From a virus (taxonomy: Duplodnaviria > Caudoviricetes), in the IMG/VR virus record IMGVR_UViG_3300005573_001594, positions 1-32,438 of that record: a stretch of DNA of 32,438 nucleotides; one strand, 5' to 3'. The notes under the pieces are model-generated. The model was not told where the DNA came from, ran no database searches, and saw nothing but the letters and a program-made list of their open reading frames with translations. The stretch's first letter is position 1, and each line of letters starts with the position of its first letter. A program made the position numbers and the translations under genes. Positions 17,830 to 27,448 of this stretch are shown here, in pieces.

Positions 17830-19156
17830 GACTGGCGTGCCCGGCCTGCTCAACCTGAGCGCGACGGCCACGATTGAGCTCACGGCCGACGGCAGCGGCG
17901 AAGCGAACAAGGGCCTGCCGCGCTTCCGCATGGTCGCCTACACCGGCGCCCCGATGCGGATCGCCGGCTGGCGCTATCCAGTGGTTCTCGACCTGGCGGG
18001 GCTGACCATCCCGTCGCAATCGCGGCCGATCCGCTTCGGGCACGATCCGCTCTCCGGCGTGGGGCACACCGATGCCATCCGCATCGAGGATGGCCAGCTC
18101 ACGGCAACCGGCGTGGTCTCCCGCGATACGGCCGCGGCCCGCGAGATCGTCATCTCGGCCAAGAACGGCTTCCCCTGGCAGGCGTCGGTCGGCGCCGGCG
18201 TCGAGGAGTTCGAGTTCATCAAGGAGAACCAGAAGGTCGTGGTCAACGGCCGGGCACTTACCGGCCCGCTCAACGTCGTTCGCAAGGCGACCTTGGGCGA
18301 GATCAGCTTCGTCGATCTCGGGGCCGACGGCCAAACCAGCGCGATCGTCGCCGCGACCAACCCGCCGGGAGATGCACCCGTGAACACCGCAGACGCCAAC
18401 ACCGATGTCGCCGGCACGGTCTCGCCCCAAGCGCCGGCACCTTCGGCGGACCCGCAGCCGACGGTTGAGGAGGTCCGCGCCCAGGCGCTGGCTGAAACTA
18501 GCCGCATTGCCGCCATCCGCCGGGTCTGCGCCGGCCGGCACGCGGACATCGAGGCGCGGGCCATCCAGGAGGGCTGGGACGCGACCCGCTGCGAGCTGGA
18601 AATCCTCCGCGCCGACCGCCCGCGCTCCCCGGCCGTCCACATCGCCGACAACACGATCACCGCCACGGTGCTCGAAGCGGCGTGCTTGCTCACGGCCAAG
18701 CTCGGCCAGGTCGAAGAGCTGTACGAGCCGCAGACGCTCGACCTGGCCGCCCGGCGATTCCGTGGCGGCATCGGCTTGCAGGAGCTGCTCCTGGAGGCGG
18801 CGTGGGCTAACGGCTACACCGGCCGCAACTTCCGCGACCACCGCGCGGTCCTGCGCTTCGCCTTTGCCCGCGGCATCGAGGCGTCCTTCTCGACCATCGA
18901 CATCGGCGGCATCCTCTCCAACGTCGCCAACAAATTCCTACTCGAAGGCTTCTTCTCGGTCGAGCGTACCTGGCGGAACATCACCGCCGTCCGCAACGTC
19001 AGCGACTTCAAGACCGTGACCAGCTATCGCCTCATTGGCAAGGACCAGTACGAGCTGGTCGCCCCCGGCGGCGAGCTGAAACACGGCACCCTTGGCGAAG
19101 AGAAGTACGAGAACCGGGCGGACACCTACGGTTTACTGCTGTCCATCGACCGCCGC
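17789..19156 (+). pseudogene. Prohead protease-major capsid fusion, 3'-truncated
   Basis: Protease-like HD...VGH...PWQASVG...EISFVDLGAD, then capsid-like ILSNVANKFLLEGF...VSDFK...GGELKHGT...TYG..LSIDRR. Cut at 19156 by the CARF gene; the frame runs on to 19243. Confidence 0.85.
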
Positions 19157-20476
19157 CTATGGGCGATAGGGACGCAGCAAAGCACTCAACCCGTTCTCGA
19201 AGGTGTCGCACTGAAACTGTTCAGGTGGTTCGGCATTGGGTAGCTGGTACGTCTCGGGTTGATTTGGCCAGGTAAACGGTAGGACGAGTTGGTGTCCCAA
19301 TTGATCTTGAAGGAGAAATCGAGTCGAATGGAGAGCCATAAACCAGGGAGTGTGGGCACAGCGGGTGAAGATCGGCACAACCACAACGGAACGGGCCAGT
19401 TGGGATCCCGCTTGCCTCAACCGATAAGTATTCACGTCCAGCTCGCGCCGGTCCACGTTTGCCGATTTACATTCGAGATGAAACAAGATACCGTTCTTAA
19501 GCACTATCAAAATATCAAACTCGGCATCAACGTTCTGAGGTTGGGTTTCCCGTGCAATTTTCACCCCTGTCCAGACCGATTGCACCGCTGGGTGCGGGTT
19601 CTGTTCCAGCCAGCCCCTCACTCGTCGAGCCACGGCACGTTCGAGCGAATCGCCGATGCGTGCGGATGGCTGCTCGACTCCAGCGGATCGAAGCGCGGCC
19701 GCTCGGCGGGCGTTATCCCCCAGCTTCAGCGTGCAGTTGTACGTATTCCTGAGGTTTTGCGGGTTCATAGCGTGACACAATTGCTCTAGTGTGCGTTGCC
19801 AGCGCTTGTACACTTCTGGCACAAGCTCAGACAATTCTTCAAAGCGAACGCGTTGTTCCTGTCCCGAAACAGATGCCCATTCATAATGTTGAGTGTGCAA
19901 CTGGTATGTGTATTGCTCATCCACACCATACCGTTCTTGACGCAGATCCGGTGGAAGCTCAGCCGGCCAGATCCGTTGCTGCATACTGCCTGTCGCAAAC
20001 GTGAAGCCATTTAGTCGCAGGATGTCTGCCAGGTCGAGTCGATGACGAGTGTAAGGGGCAACTTGAGGAGGCTCACGCAATCCCGATGGAAAAATGCCGT
20101 ACATCGCTGGGCGTTCATCACCATACAGAAGACGAGGAGCACAGGATTGAAAAGCATGGAGCAAACCAATCGGCGTGTGCTTGGTTCCGCCATTGGTCAC
20201 CAGATAGATCGCCTCGTATCGATCGGCGGCTGATTGAGCGAATAGATCCAGAGTTGTGGTTAACAGAAACGGATCGTTGACGTGGCTCAACCGAGCTACG
20301 TTTGCCGTGACGAGACCATATTGTTCCAGCACGGCGCGAGGTGCTGCGGTCCAGTCACGCTCATGGGCCTCTTGGCTTTCGACCCAAAGAATTTGATCAC
20401 CCGGTTGTGCAATCTCCAGAACGGGCGGAAGATTCGCCACCTTCTGGCCGGTCGAAACAAGCACGAACAGATTCAT
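19157..20476 (-). CDS. CARF-domain PD-(D/E)xK nuclease, Card1/Can2 (DUF1887)-like
   Basis: N-terminal VLVSTGQKVANLPP, CARF signature YLVTNGGTK, LADILRLNG, C-terminal EFDILIV...LFHLECKS. GGAGAAGG RBS; lower GC. Confidence 0.8.
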   Translation of the reverse strand: MNLFVLVSTGQKVANLPPVLEIAQPGDQILWVESQEAHERDWTAAPRAVLEQYGLVTANVARLSHVNDPFLLTTTLDLFAQSAADRYEAIYLVTNGGTKHTPIGLLHAFQSCAPRLLYGDERPAMYGIFPSGLREPPQVAPYTRHRLDLADILRLNGFTFATGSMQQRIWPAELPPDLRQERYGVDEQYTYQLHTQHYEWASVSGQEQRVRFEELSELVPEVYKRWQRTLEQLCHAMNPQNLRNTYNCTLKLGDNARRAAALRSAGVEQPSARIGDSLERAVARRVRGWLEQNPHPAVQSVWTGVKIARETQPQNVDAEFDILIVLKNGILFHLECKSANVDRRELDVNTYRLRQAGSQLARSVVVVPIFTRCAHTPWFMALHSTRFLLQDQLGHQLVLPFTWPNQPETYQLPNAEPPEQFQCDTFENGLSALLRPYRP

Positions 20477-20559
20477 TGTACCTTCTCCGGATGACTCATC
20501 TCATCCTCTGCCGTCTCAGGAGTTGCTGTGGTCGTCAGTATACGTTCGCAACTCGGTCA

Positions 20560-20806
20560 CTTCAACATCGGCAACCGGGTCAATTTGGTGGTACAACGCA
20601 AGATCGAGCCGACGGCGGGGGACCTCAATGCGCTCATGGAACGGGTCGAGGAGATCGCCGACCTCTTTCGGACGCAGCCCTTGGCGGGCTTTCCCAGCGC
20701 CCGCTGCACCGAGGTGAAGAACGAGCCGGTCTACGCGCTGGAGCACCTCGACGAGCTGCGGCAGTTCACCAGCGTCGTCACGCTGACCTTTCGGGCCTGG
20801 AGGTGA
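20560..20806 (+). pseudogene. 3' remnant of a tail-terminator-like gene
   Basis: VQRKIEP...LMERVEEIADLF...QFTSVVTLTFRAWR* in backbone codons; 5' end decayed or replaced. Left boundary approximate. Confidence 0.6.
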
Positions 20807-20809
20807 GCC

Positions 20810-21241
20810 GTGATCGGCATGACGTTCCAGGCCGCCAAGGGCGGCTTCTTCGACCGCGACAAGGTCATGCGGTCGGTGGACGCCGGCACGCGGAAGGTGC
20901 TGTCGAAGTTCGGCGCGTTCGTGCGGCAGCGGGCCAAAACCTCGATTCGAAAGCGCAAGGGGACCAGCCCGCCGGGCCAGCCGCCTCATTCGCACGTTGG
21001 CCTGCTGCGGCGGTTCATCCTGTTCGCCTACGACCCGCAGCGCAAGAGCGTCGTCATTGGCCCGACGCTGACGAAGGAAGGCTCGCCGGCGCCTCGCCTC
21101 CTGGAGCACGGCGGCGACGCGGTGATCGAGGATCGCGGCAAGGCCCGGCACGCGCGCTACCGGCCTCGGCCGTTCATGCAGCCCGCCTTCGCGGCGGAAC
21201 AACCCAGGCTGCCGGTCCTGTGGCGCGATTCGGTTCGCTAA
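20810..21241 (+). CDS. Neck/tail-completion protein (HK97 gp10-like)
   Basis: AKTSIRKR...SPPGQPPHSHVGLLR...LLEHGG...PRPFMQPAF; GGAGG RBS. Confidence 0.75.
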   Translation: MIGMTFQAAKGGFFDRDKVMRSVDAGTRKVLSKFGAFVRQRAKTSIRKRKGTSPPGQPPHSHVGLLRRFILFAYDPQRKSVVIGPTLTKEGSPAPRLLEHGGDAVIEDRGKARHARYRPRPFMQPAFAAEQPRLPVLWRDSVR

Positions 21242-21253
21242 GGAGACACGCTC

Positions 21254-21694
21254 ATGGCGGTCAAACTCGGCCTCGACGCCAAGCTGTATCGCAACACGGG
21301 CACCTTCGCTGTCCCCGTTTGGAACGAGGTCAAGAACGTCAAGGATGTGACCCTCAACCTCGAAGCCGGCGAGGCGGACGTGACCACGCGCGGCAACGCC
21401 GGCTGGAAGGCGACCGTTGCCACCCTCAAGGACGGCTCCATCGAGTTCGAGATGGTCTGGGACACGGCCGACGATGACTTTGGCGCGATCCGGGACACCT
21501 TCCTCAACCGCGGCGCGATGGAGTTCGCGGTCATGGACGGCGACATCACCGTGGCCGGGTCGCAGGGCCTGCGGGCGACCTGCATGGTGACGAACTTCAG
21601 CCGCAACGAGGCGCTGGAAGAGGCGATCACGGTCAGCGTCACGGTGAAGCCGACGTATGCCGCCAACCCACCGAGCTGGATCGTCGTGCCGTAA
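21254..21694 (+). CDS. Major tail (tube) protein
   Basis: 146-aa beta-rich acidic protein, EADVTTR...GWKATVATLKDGSIEFE; AAGGAG RBS; canonical position. Confidence 0.8.
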   Translation: MAVKLGLDAKLYRNTGTFAVPVWNEVKNVKDVTLNLEAGEADVTTRGNAGWKATVATLKDGSIEFEMVWDTADDDFGAIRDTFLNRGAMEFAVMDGDITVAGSQGLRATCMVTNFSRNEALEEAITVSVTVKPTYAANPPSWIVVP

Positions 21695-21707
21695 TCGGAG
21701 GATGCCA

Positions 21708-22001
21708 ATGAAACGATGGCCTGCCTTGGTGATTGCGCTTTTGCTGATCACGGCCGTACCTGCCCATGCGGGCGACGATCCTGAGCACAAGGCGCCGGCA
21801 GACCTTGCTGCCCAGAAGGAACTGCTTGACGAGGCCCGGAGTTTCCTGCGTGCAGCGCGGGCCAGCATGGAGAAGTGGGACAACGTTCCCGATCAGCTTG
21901 GCTCCGCCGTGTACTACGCGGGCGTCAAGGATGGAGCGCTCGGCGCGGCCGTGGCCCTGGTCGTGATCTACCTGGTTTTCCTGCATCGGAAGACGCCATG
22001 A
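21708..22001 (+). CDS. Small membrane protein (signal peptide plus C-terminal TM helix)
   Basis: MKRWPALVIALLLITAVPAHA signal; GAAVALVVIYLVFL TM segment; GGAGG RBS. Confidence 0.7.
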   Translation: MKRWPALVIALLLITAVPAHAGDDPEHKAPADLAAQKELLDEARSFLRAARASMEKWDNVPDQLGSAVYYAGVKDGALGAAVALVVIYLVFLHRKTP

Positions 22002-22615
22002 GACAAGCTTTGTTGATCTTGGTCTGCGGCGCCATCGGCGCTTCTGTCGGCGGCAACAAGGCCCCCGACGGCACCGAGGTCCACTGCGACCTGCCGGGCG
22101 ACCTGCACCGCCGCAACACCACCTCACGCGGCCAGGGCTGCTGCGTGTGGACCTCGATCCACCACGCTGCCGTCTGGCAGAACGTGCCCGCCTACGAGGA
22201 AGCGCCCAAGTGGATTCAGAATCATGGCATTCCCGGCGGGGCCTACCCCGGCGCGGTCCAGAAGCATTTGCCGCAGATGGCCAAGGAACGGGGTCAGGCT
22301 GATGCTCCATCATTCCTCAACTACGAGGGAAGCGACCTGGAACTCTTGAAGCTCGCCTGTCGGACGGGACGGATGCCGGGTGTGACCTACTCGTTCAGCC
22401 CGACCGGGCGCTACGGCGGCTCGCGGATCGCCCACATGGTGAGCCTGGTCCACGCTGATGACAGGTGGTTTGCCGTGCTGGACAACAACTACCCCGGCGC
22501 CAACTTGATCGAGTGGATGACGCCGCAGGAGTTCCAGCGGACCTGGACCGGCATGGGCGGGGGCTGGGCCGTGATCCTGCTCGCCCCGCCGCCCCCGCCC
22601 CCGCCGACGAACTGA
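21998..22615 (+). CDS. Secreted papain-fold (C39-like) cysteine peptidase, putative
   Basis: Hydrophobic N-terminus; QGCCVWTS (Cys), HMVSL (His) and VLDNN (Asp/Asn) in papain/C39 order; poly-Pro tail. Confidence 0.65.
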   Translation: MRQALLILVCGAIGASVGGNKAPDGTEVHCDLPGDLHRRNTTSRGQGCCVWTSIHHAAVWQNVPAYEEAPKWIQNHGIPGGAYPGAVQKHLPQMAKERGQADAPSFLNYEGSDLELLKLACRTGRMPGVTYSFSPTGRYGGSRIAHMVSLVHADDRWFAVLDNNYPGANLIEWMTPQEFQRTWTGMGGGWAVILLAPPPPPPPTN

Positions 22616-22623
22616 GGTGAATC

Positions 22624-23616
22624 ATGCACGCGTTTCTGCTTTCGCTGGTGATCGGCCAGTGGGTCGGGCCTGATTGCGCCACCCGTGCGGTGGAGACGCA
22701 GGCCCGGCCGGCGACCATTCGCCTGACCGTGGACCCGCCCAACGGCGAGGTCTGGCTCGACGAGCACCACGTGCAAAGCCGGGGGCCGGTCCGTGTCCTC
22801 GTCACCCCACCGCTGCGGCCCGGCTACCGCTACTCGTACCGCGTCACGGCCCGCTGGGGCACGACGGAGCAGCAATGGACGCTGGAAGTGGAAGCGGGCA
22901 AGACCAGTACGCTCACGCTCCGGCCGGACCCGGAGGGTTGTCGTCGGTGTCCGCAGGGCTGTCGTTGCCCGTGCCGGGGCAGCTGCTGTCCCTGTCGTCA
23001 GGGCCAGCCGTGCGGGGGCGATGGTTGCCACTGCACGGCGCCGACGTCGGATGACGTATTCGGCGACCTGCCGATGGTCGAGCAGGACGGCGTCAAGAAC
23101 TTCGGCATCGACCGCGCGCAGCTCGGCCAGATGCGCGAACACATCACGCTGGGCGGCCGGGAGATCACGCACGCGGAGGCCAAGCAACTTCTCGAAGCCA
23201 GCGGGCTGAGTGATGACAGCGGCAAGCTGCGGCTGACGATCATCGGCTCCGAGGCCGACCGCAAGCGCGTGCTGGACGACCTCAAAGGCCCGCTCGCTGA
23301 TCTGGCCGGCGGCTTCCTCGTGCAAAGCTATGCCCCGGACCACTGGGCCGTGGCGCGAGCGGGCTTCCACACCGCCGGCAAACCGACGCTTTACGTGCAG
23401 GCTCCGTCCGGCAAGGTGCTGCACCGCCAGGACGATTACGCCGACGGGGCCGATGGCCTGCGGCGGGCGTTGGAGGCCGTCCGCAAACCCGACCCGAACT
23501 ACGACCCGGCCAGGGACCGCGACCTGCGCCGGCCGAGCGCGGAGCTATCCACCTGGGCCGTCCTCGGCCTGGCCGGCGTGCTGTTTCTGCTCGCACTCAG
23601 AAAGGAGACCTCATGA
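22624..23616 (+). CDS. Exported TIGR03000-domain protein with a Cys-rich segment and C-terminal membrane anchor
   Basis: ATIRLTV...GEVWLD...RVLVTPPLRPGYRYSYRVTARW...VEAGK; 11-Cys stretch; WAVLGLAGVLFLLALRK tail. Confidence 0.75.
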   Translation: MHAFLLSLVIGQWVGPDCATRAVETQARPATIRLTVDPPNGEVWLDEHHVQSRGPVRVLVTPPLRPGYRYSYRVTARWGTTEQQWTLEVEAGKTSTLTLRPDPEGCRRCPQGCRCPCRGSCCPCRQGQPCGGDGCHCTAPTSDDVFGDLPMVEQDGVKNFGIDRAQLGQMREHITLGGREITHAEAKQLLEASGLSDDSGKLRLTIIGSEADRKRVLDDLKGPLADLAGGFLVQSYAPDHWAVARAGFHTAGKPTLYVQAPSGKVLHRQDDYADGADGLRRALEAVRKPDPNYDPARDRDLRRPSAELSTWAVLGLAGVLFLLALRKETS

Positions 23617-23963
23617 ACTTCGCCAACGTTCCGCAATGGGCCTGGATTCTCCTGGGGGTCGGGGCGGTGTTCTTCGCCCTCCGCACCGGCTGGCTGGAGA
23701 ACCTGTTGAAAAAGCCGGTGAGTGGAACGGCCGGTGCCACGCCAGGTGCGTCGCTGTCGCTGCTCGACAGCCTCCAGGGCTACAAGACCAAACTGGCCGC
23801 GCTGGTCGTCGCCGTGCTGGCCGCCAATGAACTCTGGCACTTCGTTCCCGAGCAGTACGTCAGCATCGTCGTGTACCTGGCCGGTGCCCTGGGCCTTTAC
23901 GGCTTGCGCGATGCCGTGGAGCGGCTGAAGCAGAAGGTGGACCAGCTTCCCGCGAAGAGTTGA
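23613..23963 (+). CDS. Holin-like membrane protein
   Basis: Three hydrophobic segments, GYKT...ALGLYGLRDA, and a charged C-terminus. Confidence 0.55.
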   Translation: MNFANVPQWAWILLGVGAVFFALRTGWLENLLKKPVSGTAGATPGASLSLLDSLQGYKTKLAALVVAVLAANELWHFVPEQYVSIVVYLAGALGLYGLRDAVERLKQKVDQLPAKS

Positions 23964-23966
23964 TCG

Positions 23967-24161
23967 ATGGAACCAACCGCCGCCCAGTTGCCGTCGCTGC
24001 GCTATCTGGTGTTCGCCGATCACAATCGGCGGCACCTCCTGGCGGCCTTCGCCGTGGACGGCGAGGCGCGGCAGTACATGCACCTGCACTGTCCGTGCTC
24101 GGGAGAGTTGGTGGATCGCCGCGAAGAAGAGCCCTCCGGCTGCATGACCCAGGAGCAGTGA
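23967..24161 (+). CDS. Small hypothetical protein
   Basis: 64-aa ORF that fills the gap between tightly packed neighbours. Confidence 0.55.
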   Translation: MEPTAAQLPSLRYLVFADHNRRHLLAAFAVDGEARQYMHLHCPCSGELVDRREEEPSGCMTQEQ

Positions 24162-24162
24162 C

Positions 24163-24663
24163 ATGCACACCTTCACTGACAACGCCGGGCGCGTTTGGAC
24201 CATCGCCGTCAACGTGGCGACGATCAAGCGTGTCCAGGGGCTGCTCAAGGTCAACCTCTACAAGCTGCTCGACGACAACTTCAAGGGCCTGGGCGAGTTA
24301 CTGGGGGACATTATCCAGCTCGTGGACGTGCTCTACTGCCTGTGCAAGGAAGAGGCTGAGGCCCGCAAGGTGAGCGACGAGGATTTCGGCCGTGCCATGT
24401 TCGGCGATGCGATCCACCAGGCCACGGAGGCCTTCCTGGAGGAGCTGATCGATTTTTTCCCCGATCCGAAGGTACGGCGCAGCCTGCGGAAGATCATCGC
24501 CGAATCCAGGAAGGTGCGCGGCCGGATGCTGGACCGGGCGGAACAGGTCCTGGAGAGCTTCGACGCCGACCGCGAAGCGAACAGGCTGCTCAGCTCATAT
24601 GGCATTGCGCCGGAATCCTCGGACTCGACCCCGGCCCTTTCACCCTCCGGGAACTCTGCCTGA
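24163..24663 (+). CDS. Tail assembly chaperone (gpG-like)
   Basis: MHTFTDNAGRVWTIAVNV...EELIDFFP; AGGAG RBS; contains slippery site TTTTTTC. Confidence 0.75.
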   Translation: MHTFTDNAGRVWTIAVNVATIKRVQGLLKVNLYKLLDDNFKGLGELLGDIIQLVDVLYCLCKEEAEARKVSDEDFGRAMFGDAIHQATEAFLEELIDFFPDPKVRRSLRKIIAESRKVRGRMLDRAEQVLESFDADREANRLLSSYGIAPESSDSTPALSPSGNSA

Positions 24664-24812
24664 TGGCCGAGGCCCGCTGCCGAGAACGCTGGGCGCATAC
24701 CAGCGCCGTCTTGGCACTTATCGCCAACGTCCATCGCGATCCGAAGCGGTCGCGGGTTTTCAAGCCGGCCGACTTCAACCCGCACCAGCGCAACGCGCCA
24801 CCTCCGACATAA
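24453..24812 (+). CDS. -1 frameshift extension of the tail chaperone (gpT-like)
   Basis: The -1 frame is open from the slippery site to TAA 24810-24812 and encodes IWHCAGILGLDPGPFTLRELCLMAEAR...DFNPH. Confidence 0.7.
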   Translation, partial: FFPRSEGTAQPAEDHRRIQEGARPDAGPGGTGPGELRRRPRSEQAAQLIWHCAGILGLDPGPFTLRELCLMAEARCRERWAHTSAVLALIANVHRDPKRSRVFKPADFNPHQRNAPPPT

Positions 24813-24867
24813 GCAAGATCGAAGAACGAACCGCAGAATGCGGCACTCAATCCCAGTGCATTGTCCC

Positions 24868-25809
24868 TCATTTGGCAACTTCACGTATAAGCTCCAGAAG
24901 GATCGTTCCCGTCTTATCCTCTGGCGCGCCCAGAAGACGATTGGCGCTGAGGTGATCTCGCCCCTCCAGCAGCTTGGATGTGGCCTTGCCTCCCGCAGCG
25001 ACGATCAATCCCGCCAGCCGCTCTGATGCCTTGTGGGATGGATTCCCGCGTTCGACAGAGACGAAAAGAAATGCCGGCCCATTCTTGACCTCTTTCGTCA
25101 CATGAGCCATAGGAGAAGCGTCCCTTTGGGCATCCTCCGAATCCCCAAAGGCTTTCTTGATGTGGTCAGCATAAAAGCCACCAGCCTTGACTTTATCGAC
25201 CAGATCGTAAGCTCCGCCACTCCAGGCGACCACGCCGCGAAGGTCGGCGGGTCGGAGCTTGACCTCGGCCAGGTATCGCGGATCGAGGGCCACGAGTGTC
25301 GCCAAGTGGCAGCCGGCAGAGTGGCCCATCAACACGATCTTCTTCGGATCGCTCCCGAACTCCGCGGCGTGCTCGCGTATCCAACCGACAGCGGCCGCCA
25401 CGTCGCTGACGTGAGCCGGATGGGTCACGGCGGGCGTGAGCCGGTAATTGATGCTGACGAAGACGATGCCGTTTTCGTTGAAAAACTTGGGCTTATAGCT
25501 CACCTCCGCCTTGTCCCGTCGGGTCCATTCCCCACCGTGGACGAAGACGACCACGGGGGCTTCCTTCACACCTTTCGGGGAATACACGTCCAGCCGCTGC
25601 TTGTCGTCCTTGCCATAGGGCACGTCAGCCCGCACCACAGTGTTCTTTGCCAGCACCGCTTTTTCAGATGGGGGTTGCTTGGGTGAATCCTTGGCTGGTT
25701 GCTTGGCCGACGGTGTGTCAGCCATGACTGGGTTGAAAGCGATTCCGGCAGCGGCAACCAGGGCAACCGCCCCGGCCAGCATCACGACTCGAAGATCGAT
25801 CCGAAACAT
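24868..25809 (-). CDS. Secreted alpha/beta hydrolase (HSL-like esterase)
   Basis: Signal peptide; LDVY, VHGG, INYRL and the GHSAG nucleophile elbow. ATG 25809 after GGAGG. Confidence 0.9.
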   Translation of the reverse strand: MFRIDLRVVMLAGAVALVAAAGIAFNPVMADTPSAKQPAKDSPKQPPSEKAVLAKNTVVRADVPYGKDDKQRLDVYSPKGVKEAPVVVFVHGGEWTRRDKAEVSYKPKFFNENGIVFVSINYRLTPAVTHPAHVSDVAAAVGWIREHAAEFGSDPKKIVLMGHSAGCHLATLVALDPRYLAEVKLRPADLRGVVAWSGGAYDLVDKVKAGGFYADHIKKAFGDSEDAQRDASPMAHVTKEVKNGPAFLFVSVERGNPSHKASERLAGLIVAAGGKATSKLLEGRDHLSANRLLGAPEDKTGTILLELIREVAK

Positions 25810-25868
25810 CTTCTCACCTCCAGAAAATCGAGAACACGGCCCGGTTCGACAAGAAACGGGGCCAAGGA

Positions 25869-26297
25869 TCACTTGACGTAGAACGGCTCCAGTTCGTTGG
25901 GCTGTGCGTGAATCTCGACCTGGAGAGGCGTTCTCTGGGGGTCCGAGTAGCGACCTTTCAGTCGATCTGGACCTGCGGGAGTTCCGTCTTCCTCCTTGAC
26001 GACGTCTGAAGGCCACAGGATGGTGACTGCATACTTTCCCGGTGGAGCACCGTCGTGCTGCACGTATGTGCTCAGGCGAAAGGCCCCGTTCTCTTCAACG
26101 GTCGCCTGAGGGAGAGGCCGACCGCTCTCCGCGGTTCCCAAGGGGTGGAACACGACCCGCGCCCCGGTCGCGGGCCTGTCCTTGTAAAGCACTATTCCCC
26201 GGACGGGGTAGACCTCCACAGGGCTTCTCTGGCTACATGATGTCAACAGCACAGCCGTAACCAAGACCACGATAGTCGCCCGAAACCTCATAACCAT
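25869..26297 (-). CDS. Planctomycete lipoprotein, carboxypeptidase-regulatory-like domain
   Basis: Lipobox LTSC; YPVRGIV..., GAFRLSTY...GAPPGKYAVTI; usual partner of DUF1559 genes. Confidence 0.85.
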   Translation of the reverse strand: MVMRFRATIVVLVTAVLLTSCSQRSPVEVYPVRGIVLYKDRPATGARVVFHPLGTAESGRPLPQATVEENGAFRLSTYVQHDGAPPGKYAVTILWPSDVVKEEDGTPAGPDRLKGRYSDPQRTPLQVEIHAQPNELEPFYVK

Positions 26298-26325
26298 CAA
26301 TCCCTCGCAGATGTGCGGCTCGGTG

Positions 26326-27261
26326 TTAGTAATCGGCGTTGACCACTTCTCCGCCCGCCCGAGTGACCAGTGCAGCTAGCGTTCGAGGGGAAGTTGCATT
26401 TGACAACATGCGAACCGACCCGTCCGCAAATGCCACGTTCGCCCCGCTCGGGTGAAAGCTGTACACCGCGAACTGGTTGAAACAATTGACGGCACACGCG
26501 GTTCCGAACCAACTCCCATCCGCCAGGGACGTCGAGATGTTGTGGGCGTTGTTGTGCGCCCAGAAGCCGAACCCATAGGTTCGCGGGTTAGCCCATGCAG
26601 GTGCACTCGTCGATCTCTGCTTGTTGGGGAGATACCAGTACGGACGGCCCGACATTTCAACCAGCAGAATCGTGTTCGAGGTGCCATCCGTCACTCCGGC
26701 GATCTTCCCCAGCGCGCCGACTTGCATGGGCGCGGTAGTGTCCGCGATCCCCGGCGGGTACAACTGGGCGTAGAGCGTGGAGTTGAACGACGCGGCTGCG
26801 GCATAGTCGGCTGTGGCTGCAGTGAATGTTGTCCCCGTTGAATCCGTCAATGTCAGTACCTGGCCGCCAACGGGACTGGAGGGACAAACTTGTACCTTGA
26901 TGACCGTACTCACAACAGGTGTTAAAGCGGGTGACTTCCAGTTGGTGCCGTTCGGGTCGAGGCCGGACGGCCAGAGATTGGCGAGGTTATCCTGCTCGAT
27001 GTACGGCAGCACGGCGGTTACCCACCCCGGCTGGTTGGCAGTCAGGTACACCGGTGGGAAACCGCCTCTTGCGCTCTCAAAGTTGTGACACGCCAGAGCG
27101 AGTTGCTTGAGGTTGTTCTGGCACTTGATGCGGTTGGCGGCCTCGCGCACTTTTTGCACGGCCGGCAGCAGCAAGCCGATCAGGACCCCGACGATGGCAA
27201 TGACGACCAACAATTCGATAAGCGTAAAACCACGCCTTTGCTCTGCCTGAGCGTAAAGCAT
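26326..27261 (-). CDS. DUF1559 prepilin-type N-terminal cleavage / H-X9-DG protein
   Basis: [67 protein letters not shown] 27261 after GAGGAG. Confidence 0.95.
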   Translation of the reverse strand: MLYAQAEQRRGFTLIELLVVIAIVGVLIGLLLPAVQKVREAANRIKCQNNLKQLALACHNFESARGGFPPVYLTANQPGWVTAVLPYIEQDNLANLWPSGLDPNGTNWKSPALTPVVSTVIKVQVCPSSPVGGQVLTLTDSTGTTFTAATADYAAAASFNSTLYAQLYPPGIADTTAPMQVGALGKIAGVTDGTSNTILLVEMSGRPYWYLPNKQRSTSAPAWANPRTYGFGFWAHNNAHNISTSLADGSWFGTACAVNCFNQFAVYSFHPSGANVAFADGSVRMLSNATSPRTLAALVTRAGGEVVNADY

Positions 27262-27448
27262 GACCTGACTCCTCGAGGACGACGATGACCACGCGATTAT
27301 CGCGGCACGGGAGGAGCAAATATGATGCCCAAGATTCCACACACAATTGAAGTCAAGGCAGAAAAAGGAGTTATAGCGGAACAAGGCTTAGAAGGCTGGG
27401 GGGAGCTGAATACCCAGTGACCGGGACTGGTTAGCCCGTAGCCAAGTA

